Of a stretch of DNA of 64,000 nucleotides, positions 26,031 to 38,299 are shown in pieces. The notes below the pieces were generated by a model. The model was not told the DNA's origin, made no database searches, and saw only the letters and a program-made list of their open reading frames with translations. Position numbers and translations under genes: made by a program. The first letter of the stretch is position 1. Each line of letters starts with the position of its first letter. The stretch is from Saccostrea echinata. Lineage: Eukaryota. The DNA is taken from the NCBI RefSeq assembly GCF_033153115.1, contig NW_026889772.1, positions 1,054,001 through 1,118,000 of the forward strand, in the 5' to 3' direction.

Positions 26031-26349
26031 TTAGAGATTTTGAATAATTCTGCTTCATATGAATTCAAAACTAGATCTGCTTATAACGGGGAGCAATAAG
26101 TATCCATTGGAATTCCGACAGATTGTTGGAAGACCTCCAAAACCTACGTGGATTTTGTCAATCACAAAATCAAGCATCTTTTTAATATCAACTTCAGAGT
26201 ACTTGTGTGTACAATCAGAATGTTTTGTTAACAAAATAATGTTGCAATTGACCAATGAAAATGTAAGTATATTCACGAGTTCCATTTTTATTGAAAAAGA
26301 AGCTGTCAATGATATCAAAAATCTTGGACTTATCAAACTGCATGGTATG

Positions 26350-26637
26350 TTTGTTTGTTTGTATGTTGTTTAACGTCCCTCTCGAGAATTTTTCACTCAT
26401 ATGGAGACGCCTCCACTTGCCGGTGGAGAGCTGCAAATTTTGTCCTATACACGGCACTTACGGCCATTGAGCAGTGAGGGATCTTTTTCGTGCGACACGG
26501 GACCTCGGTTTATACGGTCTCATCCGAAGGACCGGTCTCCACGTCCTACAGTGGGATTCGAACCCGCGACGTAAGGATCAACTCCTTACTTCGCGACTCT
26601 AGAGCAGACGCTCTAACCACTGCGCCACGCGGGCGAC
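26350..26637 (-). mobile_element. tRNA-derived SINE
   Basis: Minus strand: A box TGGCGCAGTGGTTAGAGC, B box GGTTCGAATCC, (AAAC)n tail. Imperfect TSD TCAAACTG(CATG)GTATG on both sides. Confidence 0.9.
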
Positions 26638-27484
26638 TCAAACTGGTATGAGTTCTCCTATCACGACGCTGTCAGAGTCTTTCCAAGCTATTTCAGTTTG
26701 GGCCAGAGCATCAATGCCGTTCAATACGGTGTGCACGTGATCGCACAGCGCTAGTAATTTATTTTTCACTGATTCGGCATACAAAGCATATGGATTAAAA
26801 TTTTGATCAAGGCTTTCTCAGATGAATTGAAATTAGATTTGCATGGTTTACAGATTTGCATAATTAATGATTCAAAGGACAGTGTTCTGACACTACAGAA
26901 GTATTAACATCTGTAGAATTGTCATAACTTGTTGCTTAATTATCCAAGTTAGAACATGATGGTCGACAGCAATAGAAAATGTCACATACCCCAGTTATGA
27001 CACTAATTTTCCCCCTGAAACATCACCGGTCTATGTTCGGCGAATCCTATGTCAGTTTTAAATACTTTTAATATTCCCAACAATCAAAATGAATATATGA
27101 ATTGCCATACCTATACAGGATTTCTTTACTTCATAAAAATCCTTACAAACAAAGATATATAGCGGGTTCCAGTTCTGCCAAGTCTCTTAAGTGTCTTTAC
27201 TCCTCACGCAAATATCAACAGCAGTGAAGTAGAAATTTCAGGAGTACTGTACAACTATATTTTTGAGAAATGGTGTAAATTAGATATTGAAATTAAAAAT
27301 TCTAAGGAACTTTCAGATAATTTGAAATCACAAAATTTTACCAAAAAATCAATACCAAAATCAATAATATCAAAATGTACGACTTTTCCGCACTTTATAA
27401 AACCATTCTAGAGATAAATTAAAGTCCAGGATTCTTGACATCATTGACAGCTGTTTTTTCAATATGGAATCCGTTTGGTTTTTT

Positions 27485-27625
27485 TTCGATCATGACAAGG
27501 AGCACACGGCGACCAGTCGACGGGGAATGCTCATTCCTCGATGGCATCTGATCTCTCCTCTGGTGTTTTAAAGGTCTGTGTTTTTTTCTGCTCCTAATTT
27601 GTGTTGTTCAAATGGACTTGTGACT
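27485..27625 (+). mobile_element. Penelope 3' end fragment
   Basis: TCGATCATGACAAGGAGCACACGG..GGGAATGCTCATTCCTC..CTGATC, like 25855-25990. Confidence 0.7.
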
Positions 27626-28150
27626 TAAAGAAGTTTTCTTTCAACTTTGTATATATATTCTGTAATATTAAATGTGTTGGTAAAGTTTGAATAGCTGATT
27701 GCCAAAGCGCGCTTATCAATAGGTTTAACTGAAGTTTTTTTTTTCCTTCATTGTTTCTTTATTATTATAATTATTATTTTTTAATGACATTTACTGGTTT
27801 AGCTGCTTTAAAAGCCTACTTCAACGGGTATTTTTGAAATTTTCAATAAATTTTTTTCACATCATTTATTTTAGTTGTTGTTGTTTGGTTCATTGAATGT
27901 TTGAAATATGCCTTTCATTTTCTTTTTTTTTTAAGTTTTGATTTTATTATATAAATATTTACCTCAACTTGAATAAAAATTATAAGACTGCTCTTACACA
28001 TATTTTCGTAATATTTATGAGAACATAAAAATTAAACATAAAAAAAAAATTAGTTCATTATGACAAGCCTCTTCACAGATTTGAACTTTCAGATTTTTTT
28101 CTGCCAACGAAATGTCTAAAACTATTTTTTTTTTATTTTTTGTTATCTTG

Positions 28151-28181
<31 letters not shown>

Positions 28182-30586
28182 GGTGTGGGTGTGTGGGTGA
28201 GGGTGTGTGTACGTGTGTGTACTATAAATGTTTCATTTTGTTCGAACAAATTATCAAAGGCTACATCGCAGATTGTTTCAAAATCATGCTTTGGTTTTTA
28301 TTAAAATTATATTCCAGACTTTTAACTATACTTTCCCATTTAGATGAGTAATAAATACGGAACGTGCGAAATAAACAGATATGAAACACACTTAATTATG
28401 ACAGAGTACATTTAGTAATTTGTAAACGATGAGCAATGATTTATCAAATAAAAATATTCACATTCATACCTTGACAATAAATATTCTTAGATTTGTCAAT
28501 ATTTTATGAATACTGAAATTTATCATCATTGTTATCTAAATAAGACATAATAAGGGTTAAGAAAAAGAAGGAAACAATTAACTAGTTTTGTTTATGTTGA
28601 CAGAGAAGTAACTACATTCATAATTCAATTGAGCCCCGGGGGTCAAATCAGAATGTGTACACTTACTTGTCCGACAGAGTGAACTTTTTTGTGAATCGCT
28701 ATAAGGGGGATGTTTGACTGCTGATCATTGACATAAATCGCTGAGGGCGGAAGATGATAACATGTTTTCTGTTGAAGCTGTATCAGAAATGTGATGACCT
28801 ACTTTTGGATTTTCACTCAGGAGAAACCTAACCACGGTGAGTAAATATAATGTTTTATATACGTGATGTAAAAATATTGTATATTATAATTTATCTCTGT
28901 ATCCTTTCTAATTATACAGTCACAAATACGTGCATTATCATCAGTATCATGAATATACAGCTTCTCGGTAACTATGAATTGTAAGAACTAGACAAGTAGA
29001 CACGTGCACATTGTCTAGGAAACCGGCCATTGTTGAGATATTTAGTAGAGAAACAGTGTAAGACAAGACAAAGTCATGTAAAATACATGTGTAGAAAAAA
29101 CATACATGGACAATTGTCTTTAGAACGAATGAGTGCAAATCGGTTATGGTTCCTTGACAACATGACGGTTTAAAAATAAATTATATTGATACATAATTCA
29201 TTGGCTTGGACACAATTTTTACAACTTACATTGTCTTTTCCTAAACAAAGAAAATGAACAAACCAAAAATAAAGAGAGACAGACATAGAGAAGAGAGAGA
29301 AAAAAGGAGGGCTGTAGAGATAGGAACATGCCTCAATTTAGGTCGAAGACTGGCTGCATTAAGTTGAATACAGTAAAACTCAGTTTTAAGGAAGTTGCTG
29401 AGCCTTCTAATTCTACTTCCTTATGCATGCTATACCGGAGATTTTTTGTATCCGTTTAGGAACATACTAAGATTCATAAGAAAAAATTTTATAACCGAGT
29501 TGAAGGTTAATAAAATGTACATCAGTACATGGAAAACTACGAAAATCGAGTCATTTGTATAAAAACAGAGAATACTGGCCCATTAATTTATGAAATCGGT
29601 GCTACATGTAACAATATTGAATGAAGATCGTCGGAATATTTATCACACACGCATTTATTTACTATAATTCGGGCGGGGACACCCTTATATCTAAAAACAG
29701 CTATAGATGATAATTTAGAAATCATGATATTAATAAGCTGTTTTAGACAGATAATAAATCTAAAATCACTACATGTAACTTTATTCAATGAACAGTCGGT
29801 ATTGAATTTAACATTAAGTACTCCTAGAATAATTATTTTCACTCTAGAAAAAAACGGAAAGGACTTAAAAATAATTCAGAAAAAAAGGATCATTGAAAGT
29901 TTTATTTTGCCTCTCATTATCAAATTGAAATTTTTTTCAAAGTACACTCTTAATAAAAGGTCTTTAAGTACACTGATCGGTAACTTATGGATGACCACTC
30001 CTGTCATCATTTAAACTTGTTGAATATGAATCCCTCTGATAAGAGAGATAACTTTCCAAGGAATTTATTCCAAGCAATTCAATGTATTGTCTTACCAGAG
30101 TTTAATAATGAGGACCATTATATGGTCAACTCATTCAAATCTGAACCATGTTACAAATATCGATTTCTGTTTTCTATTGCCAAATCTTTATTAATTACTT
30201 ATAATAATTTACCTAAAACATTTAAACTCAGTTCCTTTAAACTGTTAAAATTGAGATATTTCTATCTCTTAACATATAATTCTTTTAATTGTTACAGAAA
30301 TTCAGATGTAGAATTTTTTATAATTAATAATTTCTCACCTTAAAATTGTATTGATATCAAAAACGGTTCAATATAGCTATATACAAAAACAAACTTTATA
30401 GACCTCCAAAGTCGTCTTAGAATTAAGTGAAACTTAATTTAAAAAACAGTGTTAAATATTTATGTAAATCATAAATAGTAAATTTCGTCGAAATAGTAGT
30501 TGATTGCATTCTAGTTGATAATTTGTATACAATAATTGCTAAGTATGTGTTTATTTTTTAACAGGTTTCAAACCATTTTTAAGACT

Positions 30587-31537
30587 ATGACTACCAGCAT
30601 GCGGGCCTCACGAATGGCGAAGCTCGTCCTGTTAATATTGGGCGGGGCAGCAGTGATGTACTTCTCCACTTCCTGGATCAGAAGTTATAATGAAGTGAGA
30701 GCAGTCCAAGTCAGTGATCCATGCCAGAGGAACTTCACTGAGTTGTCCAAACTAGAATCTGTACAGCCATTACTTCCAAAGGTTTCACCAAAATTTACAA
30801 AAGAGGGTTACTGTGAGGGATTTTCCAAACGCGATAAAAAGTTGACTGCAAGAGAGATGCATCGTAAAAACAGATGTGTAGGAAATTTCAAACTTGACCA
30901 TGCACGTGGAAATGGACAATTCTGGGAGGGGGAAACTCAGTACATTCGCCATACACACCATAAATATCTGAACTCAGACAGTATAGTTCTTGATATTGGC
31001 GGTAACAAAGGCGAGGATGCTGACGCAATGATACAAGCTTACCATCCGGGCACTTATCTAATTCTGGAGCCAATCAACTCTCTCTTTACATCGCTAGTGG
31101 AGAAGTTCCGAGGTTATAAAAATGTCATTTTGTATAACTTTGGAATAGCTTCCAAAAACGACATATTTTACGTAAATGTTGTTGGGCACGGTGGGGACGC
31201 TACATCTGTTTTCACAGAAAACAAGGGAGGTAAATGTGAGCTCAGGGTTTTTAATACAACCGACTTTATGTATCGATTAGGTGTTCAATGTCTGGATGTG
31301 GATCTGATCACCATTAACTGTGAGGGTTGTGAGTTCGACATTCTAGAGACCTTGATTTCCAGTGGGTTAATTTCCCGCTTCAAACACGTGCAGTTCGCCA
31401 CCCACCCAACCTTGCCACACCTTGAGCGACCTGTTGAACGTTACTGTGAAATCCAGCAGAAATTAGCCCGGACCCATATAATTGACTATCAATACAAATT
31501 TTGTTGGGAGACGTGGAGGAGAAAATATGTTAAATAA
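30587..31537 (+). CDS. Membrane-anchored FkbM/Methyltransf_21-family SAM-dependent methyltransferase, about 316 aa
   Basis: Single coding exon after the acceptor TTTTAACAG (30564). N-terminal hydrophobic anchor LVLLILGGAAVMYF; motif I IVLDIGGNKG; LEP; YNFGI; FkbM-like DLITINCEGCEFDIL. The start codon (30587, 30599 or 30614) is uncertain. Possible 5'UTR donor at 28837 (GTGAGT). Confidence 0.8.
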   Translation: MTTSMRASRMAKLVLLILGGAAVMYFSTSWIRSYNEVRAVQVSDPCQRNFTELSKLESVQPLLPKVSPKFTKEGYCEGFSKRDKKLTAREMHRKNRCVGNFKLDHARGNGQFWEGETQYIRHTHHKYLNSDSIVLDIGGNKGEDADAMIQAYHPGTYLILEPINSLFTSLVEKFRGYKNVILYNFGIASKNDIFYVNVVGHGGDATSVFTENKGGKCELRVFNTTDFMYRLGVQCLDVDLITINCEGCEFDILETLISSGLISRFKHVQFATHPTLPHLERPVERYCEIQQKLARTHIIDYQYKFCWETWRRKYVK

Positions 31538-31851
31538 TGTATGCTTTGTAGAGACACTACAAGACGATAAGACAAGTGACGAATGAATACCGGTATTATA
31601 CACGACGAGAAGACACGAGGTCATGCATTAAAGGAAGGATGAATACTAGGTTATGTCTGACAATTTAGATTTGATATGTCGAGGGTATGGATGGGATTGA
31701 ATCTGACGACTAAGTGGTGAATGTGACGTTTAAGAATTGGATGACAGGGAATTTAAAAAATGGACTTCATTGCCATAGTTTACCTGGGTCTTAATATCTC
31801 TGATCAAAACATTCAAAATTTCGTACAATCTTCAAATATATATTAAAAAAC

Positions 31852-31854
<3 letters not shown>

Positions 31855-31923
<69 letters not shown>
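31855..31923. repeat. (TA)n microsatellite, about 34 units
   Basis: Directly visible. Confidence 0.97.
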
Positions 31924-31926
<3 letters not shown>

Positions 31927-32134
31927 GCTGCTAGGCATTTAGCAGACAAACTGTATTGCCTTATAATAATAAGCAATATTAGTCCTCGATCAACGTACTT
32001 TTTTTAAAATCAAGACCCATGAGTCCAGTGTTTAGGCCCTAAAGTGGGCTTAAACAATGTTAAAGGCTTGTATATTGAAAATTTTAGGAATGTTTTCATG
32101 GTTTTCTAGCAAGTATATCGTTTATATGCGTATA

Positions 32135-32185
32135 CTAGATGAAGTCCCGCGCAAGCTCGGGAAATAAAACTGATGCCATTGTCGA
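32135..32185 (-). mobile_element. Helitron 3' terminus
   Basis: The minus strand reads CCCGAGCTTGCGCGGG (hairpin), a short spacer, then CTAG followed by T. The 5' end was not confidently located. Confidence 0.5.
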
Positions 32186-32225
32186 TAATGCCATTTTTCC
32201 AAAGTCATTTGTACTTACAATTTAA

Positions 32226-33078
32226 TACGAGGCCTATGGGCGATATCGCTCATCTTGGCACTTTGGCTAAAGAAAAGCAGTTTTCAGTTCATTATTGAGA
32301 AGTTTCAATATATATAAGTGGTCCGCCCCACCACCACCACCAGGGGGTCATGATTTGAACAAAATTGAATCTTCACTACCTGAGCATGCTTCTGTATTAA
32401 AATGACTAATCGTGGTTTTCGAAGATTTTAAATTATTTTCCCTATATATTTCTATGTAAATGTTTGATCTTCCATTGTGGCCCCGCCCTACCCCCGGGGG
32501 TCATGACCTGAAAAATTTATTAATTTGTATGCTACTGAAAGAATTCATTCCCCTTTGCTATTCACCTATGATCATTAATCATTGTAAATAATGAAATTGA
32601 AAGGTCAATTGAATAACAGATTTATACATTCAAGAATTTTCATAATGTTTAATACAGAAAGTACTTTTATTGTTTTTAATGGTCAAGTAACTTTCAAATA
32701 AAAGACAAATAAAAATGGGACAAAAATGCCTTATCTTTGTACATTAAAAATTCTTCAAAGCTTAAGAGAGCCAATGTGCGAGGGAATGAGGTGGGTTTAC
32801 TAAAAGTGCCCAAGAACTATTGTTTTGCTCAGCCCGCATGAGATAGTTACAAATGGGCCAAGTAAAGGCAAATACATACATGTAGATATAACTTTAAGAT
32901 TTGTTACTGAGCATTAAATTAATTATTTTGCTGATCCCTATTCATCCTATTTCTCTTGCTTTGGGCAACATAGCTTCATTTCTCAGCTTCTTTTGTTTCA
33001 TTTTATATTCAGTCTATGAATCCTTTATAGTGTCACATTATAATCCGGTGCCCGTTAAGGCCATTGGGCCTCTTGTTT
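32226..33078. mobile_element. Two HINE remnants in opposite orientations (32226-32520 minus; about 32880-33078 plus)
   Basis: GAGGCCTATGGGCGATATCGCTCA is a reverse 3' hairpin end followed by reverse satellite monomers. 32900-33078 matches 22210-22377 and ends AGGCCATTGGGCCTCTTGTTT. Confidence 0.75.
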
Positions 33079-35205
33079 TTATGTACAGTCAAAACTTGCC
33101 ACTGAATGTATCGCGAAAATTAACTTACCTCCGCCAAAAAGTTTTTTTCTTTTTTGTAAAAGTATCTTTTGCTTGTCGATTATCCCCTCCCTACTCTGAA
33201 TAAACGATGCTATTTGCTTGTTTCTTATCGAAAGGCGACAATATGAAAAAAAAAGTTTTAGATGATTCTCTCTCTCTCCTATAGTTTTCCGCCTGCGTCA
33301 TGAGAAGATTTGCAATTATAAGAAAAAATATTAAGCAGCTGAAAAGCAGATTAATGTTAAAACATGGAGAAATTTTCAACACTTGGAAAATATCACTAAA
33401 ATTGGACATTTTCGGTTTGATGAACTTCTACAGCTATTAGCGACTATGATAAAAAGTGTGGAAACCATGTTGTGCAAAAATGAAATAACTAATACAAATA
33501 AAATGGATACAATCTAATTAACCAAACTGGCTACAAGATACATAAGATACTGCATTTTTAATGGCTCAAAGCAAAAAGTAATTTAGCAGAAACGTATTAT
33601 AATGTTTATACTTCTAAATGATATGATATGCTTTGTTCTGCATATAAACCACAGTATTTCTGATTAATGACCCTCCTGATTCGCGTGCATGGAAGAAAGG
33701 CAAGTAGTTAAACACAAATTTCGGACAAATAAAACATTTTGACCGGATGTGAACAGAACAGGCTTTAAAAACGTCATCTCCCTGATCCGGCTCTTCCATA
33801 AATTTCATTTGAAATGCTGTATTAACCTTAAAAATCTCCTTCGAAAATGGGAACCCTGTTTGTTTCTTACCTTTAGTATTTCTCTACATTATATAGTATC
33901 ATAGAGGGGCAACCTCTACAACTTAACAAAAACGGAAAATGATATTAGATATTAGATTATAGGTACGGTAGGCTATGAATTCATGTATTTTTGATAAGTT
34001 GTCGTGTCTAATAAAAATTCTCAGAGGGGAGGGGGAGGGGGTATGCACCATCCATTCGTCAGGTGCCTGTGGTCTTGCCTAATACCTTCACAACTTTGGA
34101 ACTTATTTCGCAATGCAGGCAATTTGACAAGTTTGTCTTAATTGTAATCTGGAATGCATTCTACAGATTGAACTTATTTTGAAATTTATAAATCCAGAAT
34201 AGAGCCCCAAGAACTGTATTGTTCTGGTTATATACATTATTACACTATTCACGCATATTACTACACTATTCACCCAAAGATTATCGTACGATTGATAATT
34301 TGGGGATCGAGGATTGCCAGAATGAGGTCCCTTTTCAGGGCTTGAATAAAGAAACTGGCTTATACTAGAAAATGAAAGAAGCTACTGAATATTACGTTTT
34401 TGTAATAATTGCAGTATTATTCAAAGATGACTATCAATTTTATTTGTTAGTAAGGTCGAACTCTGGCAAAGAACTACGCTCGCTTACTCTCGATTCCCAC
34501 CTACATTTTATCCCAATCTAATTCAGTATAAATGTCATTTTGGCCATCAAAACTTTTTTAAATGCAAAGAAGGTTTCATTAGTAATTGATCTATAATTTT
34601 AAAACCAGCGTCAAAAAGTTAATTCCCTTTTTTTTAAACTCTTTTCTTAAGGGGGGGGGGGGTAGAAAATTTTATCCATTGAAATCAGGCTTTAAAAATA
34701 TCAATCAATCATCAATATGTCAAATATGCACGGAAATGGATAAATTACCCTTAAACCTTTCCGTATGTTAAAATGATGTAAAATTCAAAGTATAAGATTG
34801 ATAAAGTACATTTTTTTTAATTTACAATTTCATTCGAAATTGGTTTTAAAATGACCATTTTTACTGTTTTTTGTCTGTAAACATATGTACCCCCCCCCCC
34901 CCCCCCCGTGAAACACAAAAAGCTTTGGAATGAATTTGTGAAATAACAATCCATATTACATGATTACATGTCAGGCACGTAGCCCCCCCCCCTACTTTTT
35001 TCCAAACAATTTTTTTTCTAATGAAAATGTTTATTGAAAGGACAGAAGCCCCCCCCCCCACTTTTTATTGCAGTATAGTCAAATAAGGGTAATGTAGTAG
35101 TGTATGAATAAAATTTGTAACTGAATTAAGTCGGAACCTAAATATGGTAATTTTTGAAAACTGACTTGGAAGTAGGTGGGAGAACAATACTATCCTTCAC
35201 AGTTC

Positions 35206-35240
<35 letters not shown>

Positions 35241-35261
35241 AAAAAAAAATCACCGAAAAGT

Positions 35262-38200
35262 TACAAATACAAATATTTTATTGGCCCAAACACAATTACA
35301 GTAATTGGTAAAGGCCCATACAGAACATATTAATGAGCATGATAATACAGTAGAACACAACTAGAATACAAACAATTGGTGTAGCAAATAATGTAGTGTA
35401 CTCATCAGATATTAGGTGATTCATAACAATGTAGTTACTCATTTATAGCTAAAACATTTTTTCTTATATCATATATTTGACATAAAAATGAAGATAATAT
35501 TTTAAGAACCCTTTTACACCTGGTTTTCATCAATGATTTTAACAAATTGTCATTATTATGGATTGTTTGGTTGAAATTGGGGAAAGTAGATAATTTTGTT
35601 TTGAATATTTTTCTCTGTGCTTCATATTTCGGACAGAGCAAATTAAAATGAAATGTTTTTCATCCTCCATATCATGGTTTTGACATACTTTACACAACCT
35701 ATCATTTTTATTAATTTCAACATATCTACCTTTTTCAATTTCTAAATTATGTGCACTTAAACTAATTTTGCTAAAAATGATCTATCATGCAGTGACTCTA
35801 GTTTGTCAACATAATGTGCACGTTTATTATTAAAACAGAAGTTCCGATAAAATGATAGTTTTGAGGAATTCATAATACTTGCATTTTGTTCTTGTAATAT
35901 TTGATCATGAATACGTTGCTTAACAATGCCAAGCACTGGTTTCAATGACATATTAAAATTTGTTAAATAAGAAACCCCTAAGTTATTAAGACAAGTCCTT
36001 AAACACATAGACCATGTGTTATTTTCTTTAGTTTTGATGAAAATATCATGTGCCAACGTATGTTCAAAAGAAATTAAATGATCAAGGTATTTGATAGCAA
36101 ACATAATAATTTTTGATCTGACTGGGAGTCTCCCGAGTTCAGAATAGCAAACATTATTTGAAGTTTTGCAATGAACTCCTAAGATTTCTTTTAAAATTTA
36201 ATATGAAACTTTTCATAACATGCCGAGCCTGAATTTTTTATGACTGACTCAATACCCCAAATTTCGCTTCCGTATAGCAAAAGAGGAATTACTATAATAT
36301 CAAATAATTTTTCAAGTAATCGGCAGGAATTATGTAATCCGAGGGTTTTCTTTATCTTGAATAAAGCTTTTCTGGCTTTATCCACTAACTGAGCTGCAGC
36401 AAGGTTAAATTTTCCATTACATTTAAGATTAATACCAAGATAGCAATATTTGTCAACAGTTTCAATACAGATACCATTAATAGAAAAATGGTTTTAAAAA
36501 GTTTTATCATTAGAATTAAATACTATAATTTTTGATTTGGACGTGTTAATATCTAGCTTCCAATTAACGCAATAATTTTCAAGAATATTCAGGCTACATT
36601 GTAGACTATCAGGACTACTTGACAACAAAATTAAGTCATCTGCATATAACAGGCAGTGTATTTTTGTGCGCTTTACTAATATTAGATCAGAGTTGATTGA
36701 TACTGTTCAATTTATCAACAAGTTTGTTTATGAAAATGTTAAAAAGCAAGGGACTTAGTACATCACCTTGTTTGACACCCCTTTCGGATATTAATGGTTC
36801 ACTTAACCCCTTAACCACTTAAACTTTACTTTGTTCATGGTGTTCGCATACATAGAATAAATCAATTAATAAAGTTTTCTTTGGAATACCAGTATGTAAA
36901 ATAATCCTATTCTCCAAATCGTATCAAATGCTTTTTTCAGATCAATGAATGCTGCATAAACTTTTTTTCTTTTTGAGTTTGTAGTGCTCAATTATTGATT
37001 TTATAGAAAATATATGGTCAGCTGTTCTGCTGTGTTCCATAAAGCCAATTTAATTTTTGCTAATCTGATTATTATCTAGAGTAAATTTGATTAATCTCAA
37101 ATGTATGATCTTATTGAATACTTTCCCCAAGTTTGATAATCCTCTATAGTTGTTTGGATCAGATTTACTACCTGTCTTATGCTGTGGGACAAAAACAATT
37201 CAAATACAAAATTCAAAAGTTTAGTAAGTGACTTGAGCAAAGTATGTGTATTATTTTTTATCATTTCATTTGATATTAAATCAATAGATGGGGATTTAAC
37301 ATTCTTCAGATTTAATGGCTTTTAGTATTTCGCTAGATGTGATTGCACTATTCAGTACATTTGTGTCAAAATATGAGTTCTTGTTTCTTCTTTAGCTCTT
37401 CAAATTTGTCAATAATTTCCCTTTGAAATGTATTAAAATTTGAATTATCCAAAGATAATTTTTTAAAATGATCCTTAAAATTATCGTGGGGTAATACATC
37501 ATCAATTGGGCACTTTGATGAACGATCAAGTTTGTTAATTAATTTCCAAAATGATTTAGGACTGGAATCAAGGGAGTTTTCTAGCTCAGTACAAATCTTT
37601 TGTTTGCATTGACAATCTCTGCTCGTATTTACATCGACGTCTGAAACGAGAACGAAATGAAGAAAACGCTTTTCGGTATTCAGCATTAAAAGGGAATTTG
37701 TAAACTAATTTTTCATAGTTTTCAACTGAAATTCTTAGTTCTTCACATGAATCTGAAAACCATGTTTTTTTGTTATGTTTTTTTTTTAATTTTCTACAAT
37801 GTACTTGTTTATTACTCCTTTTGACAAATTTGGCTGACATGTGGGCTGTTTCAATTAAAATTGAGTTAACCTCATCAATCATATTATTAACATTATCCAA
37901 ATCTTTCTTCATGAAATTATAGTAATTTTACTTTTTATAGTTTCACTTTGAATGTTAGACTTGAACAACTTAATGGCTTGATCTGTCCAAATGAACTTGG
38001 TAAAGGAGCAAGTTTTGATGATGGAGTGGTACACTCTGTGTTACACTTAGAAATTAAACCACATACAATAGGACAATGATTTGACAAAGCAGTAAAATCT
38101 TCTACTTGAAAAATTCCTGTAGATTGTAAAAGTTCATTTGATACAATGGTATAATCTACAAGCCTACACCCATTATAAGTAAAACATGTTGGTCTACCAA

Positions 38201-38291
38201 ATATATCACATGTGGTTTGACCATTCAGGATTCTTAGACCTGCTTCTTTACAAACATTTAAAAGATGTTTACCACTATTATTTCTAGGCAA
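35262..38291 (-). mobile_element. Degenerate LINE ORF2 (APE-RT, RTE-X-like), 5' truncated
   Basis: APE end LRILNG..G.PTCFTYNG..VDY; GVKQGDVLSPLLFNIF; CLLYADD (about 36640); LYGSEIWG; HNLEIEKGRY; 3' AATAAA with (ATTTGT) tail. The clade assignment is tentative. Confidence 0.85.
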
Positions 38292-38299
38292 ATTTATAT

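Larger units (their letters stand above)
23790..26345 (-). mobile_element. Penelope-like retroelement RT remnant, interrupted by an inverted Penelope 3' fragment
   Basis: Minus-strand motifs VFQQSVGIPM (about 26110), YEAE, EKKKSIALAFNSRFRYIDDVLS (24475-24545), FSIVNFPYLC and SQL..YARA; 3' conserved block GACAAGGAGCA..GGGTGTGACCG..GATGCTCACTCCT. Confidence 0.85.

Noticed and set aside
26550-26637. tRNA gene
   Set aside because: The A/B boxes are the head of a SINE with body, microsatellite tail and TSD.
29588-30343. Several short overlapping ORFs
   Set aside because: AT-rich, motif-free and probably intronic to the methyltransferase 5'UTR.
30536-31537. Recent bacterial HGT or contamination for the intronless methyltransferase
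   Set aside because: It has an upstream splice acceptor, a eukaryote-style membrane anchor and host-repeat flanks. FkbM-domain genes also occur in other animals. An ancient origin cannot be judged without a phylogeny.
35208-35239. Poly(T) run as the LINE poly(A) tail
   Set aside because: The adjacent LINE ends in an (ATTTGT) tail near 35262. The T run is separate and has no evident TSD.
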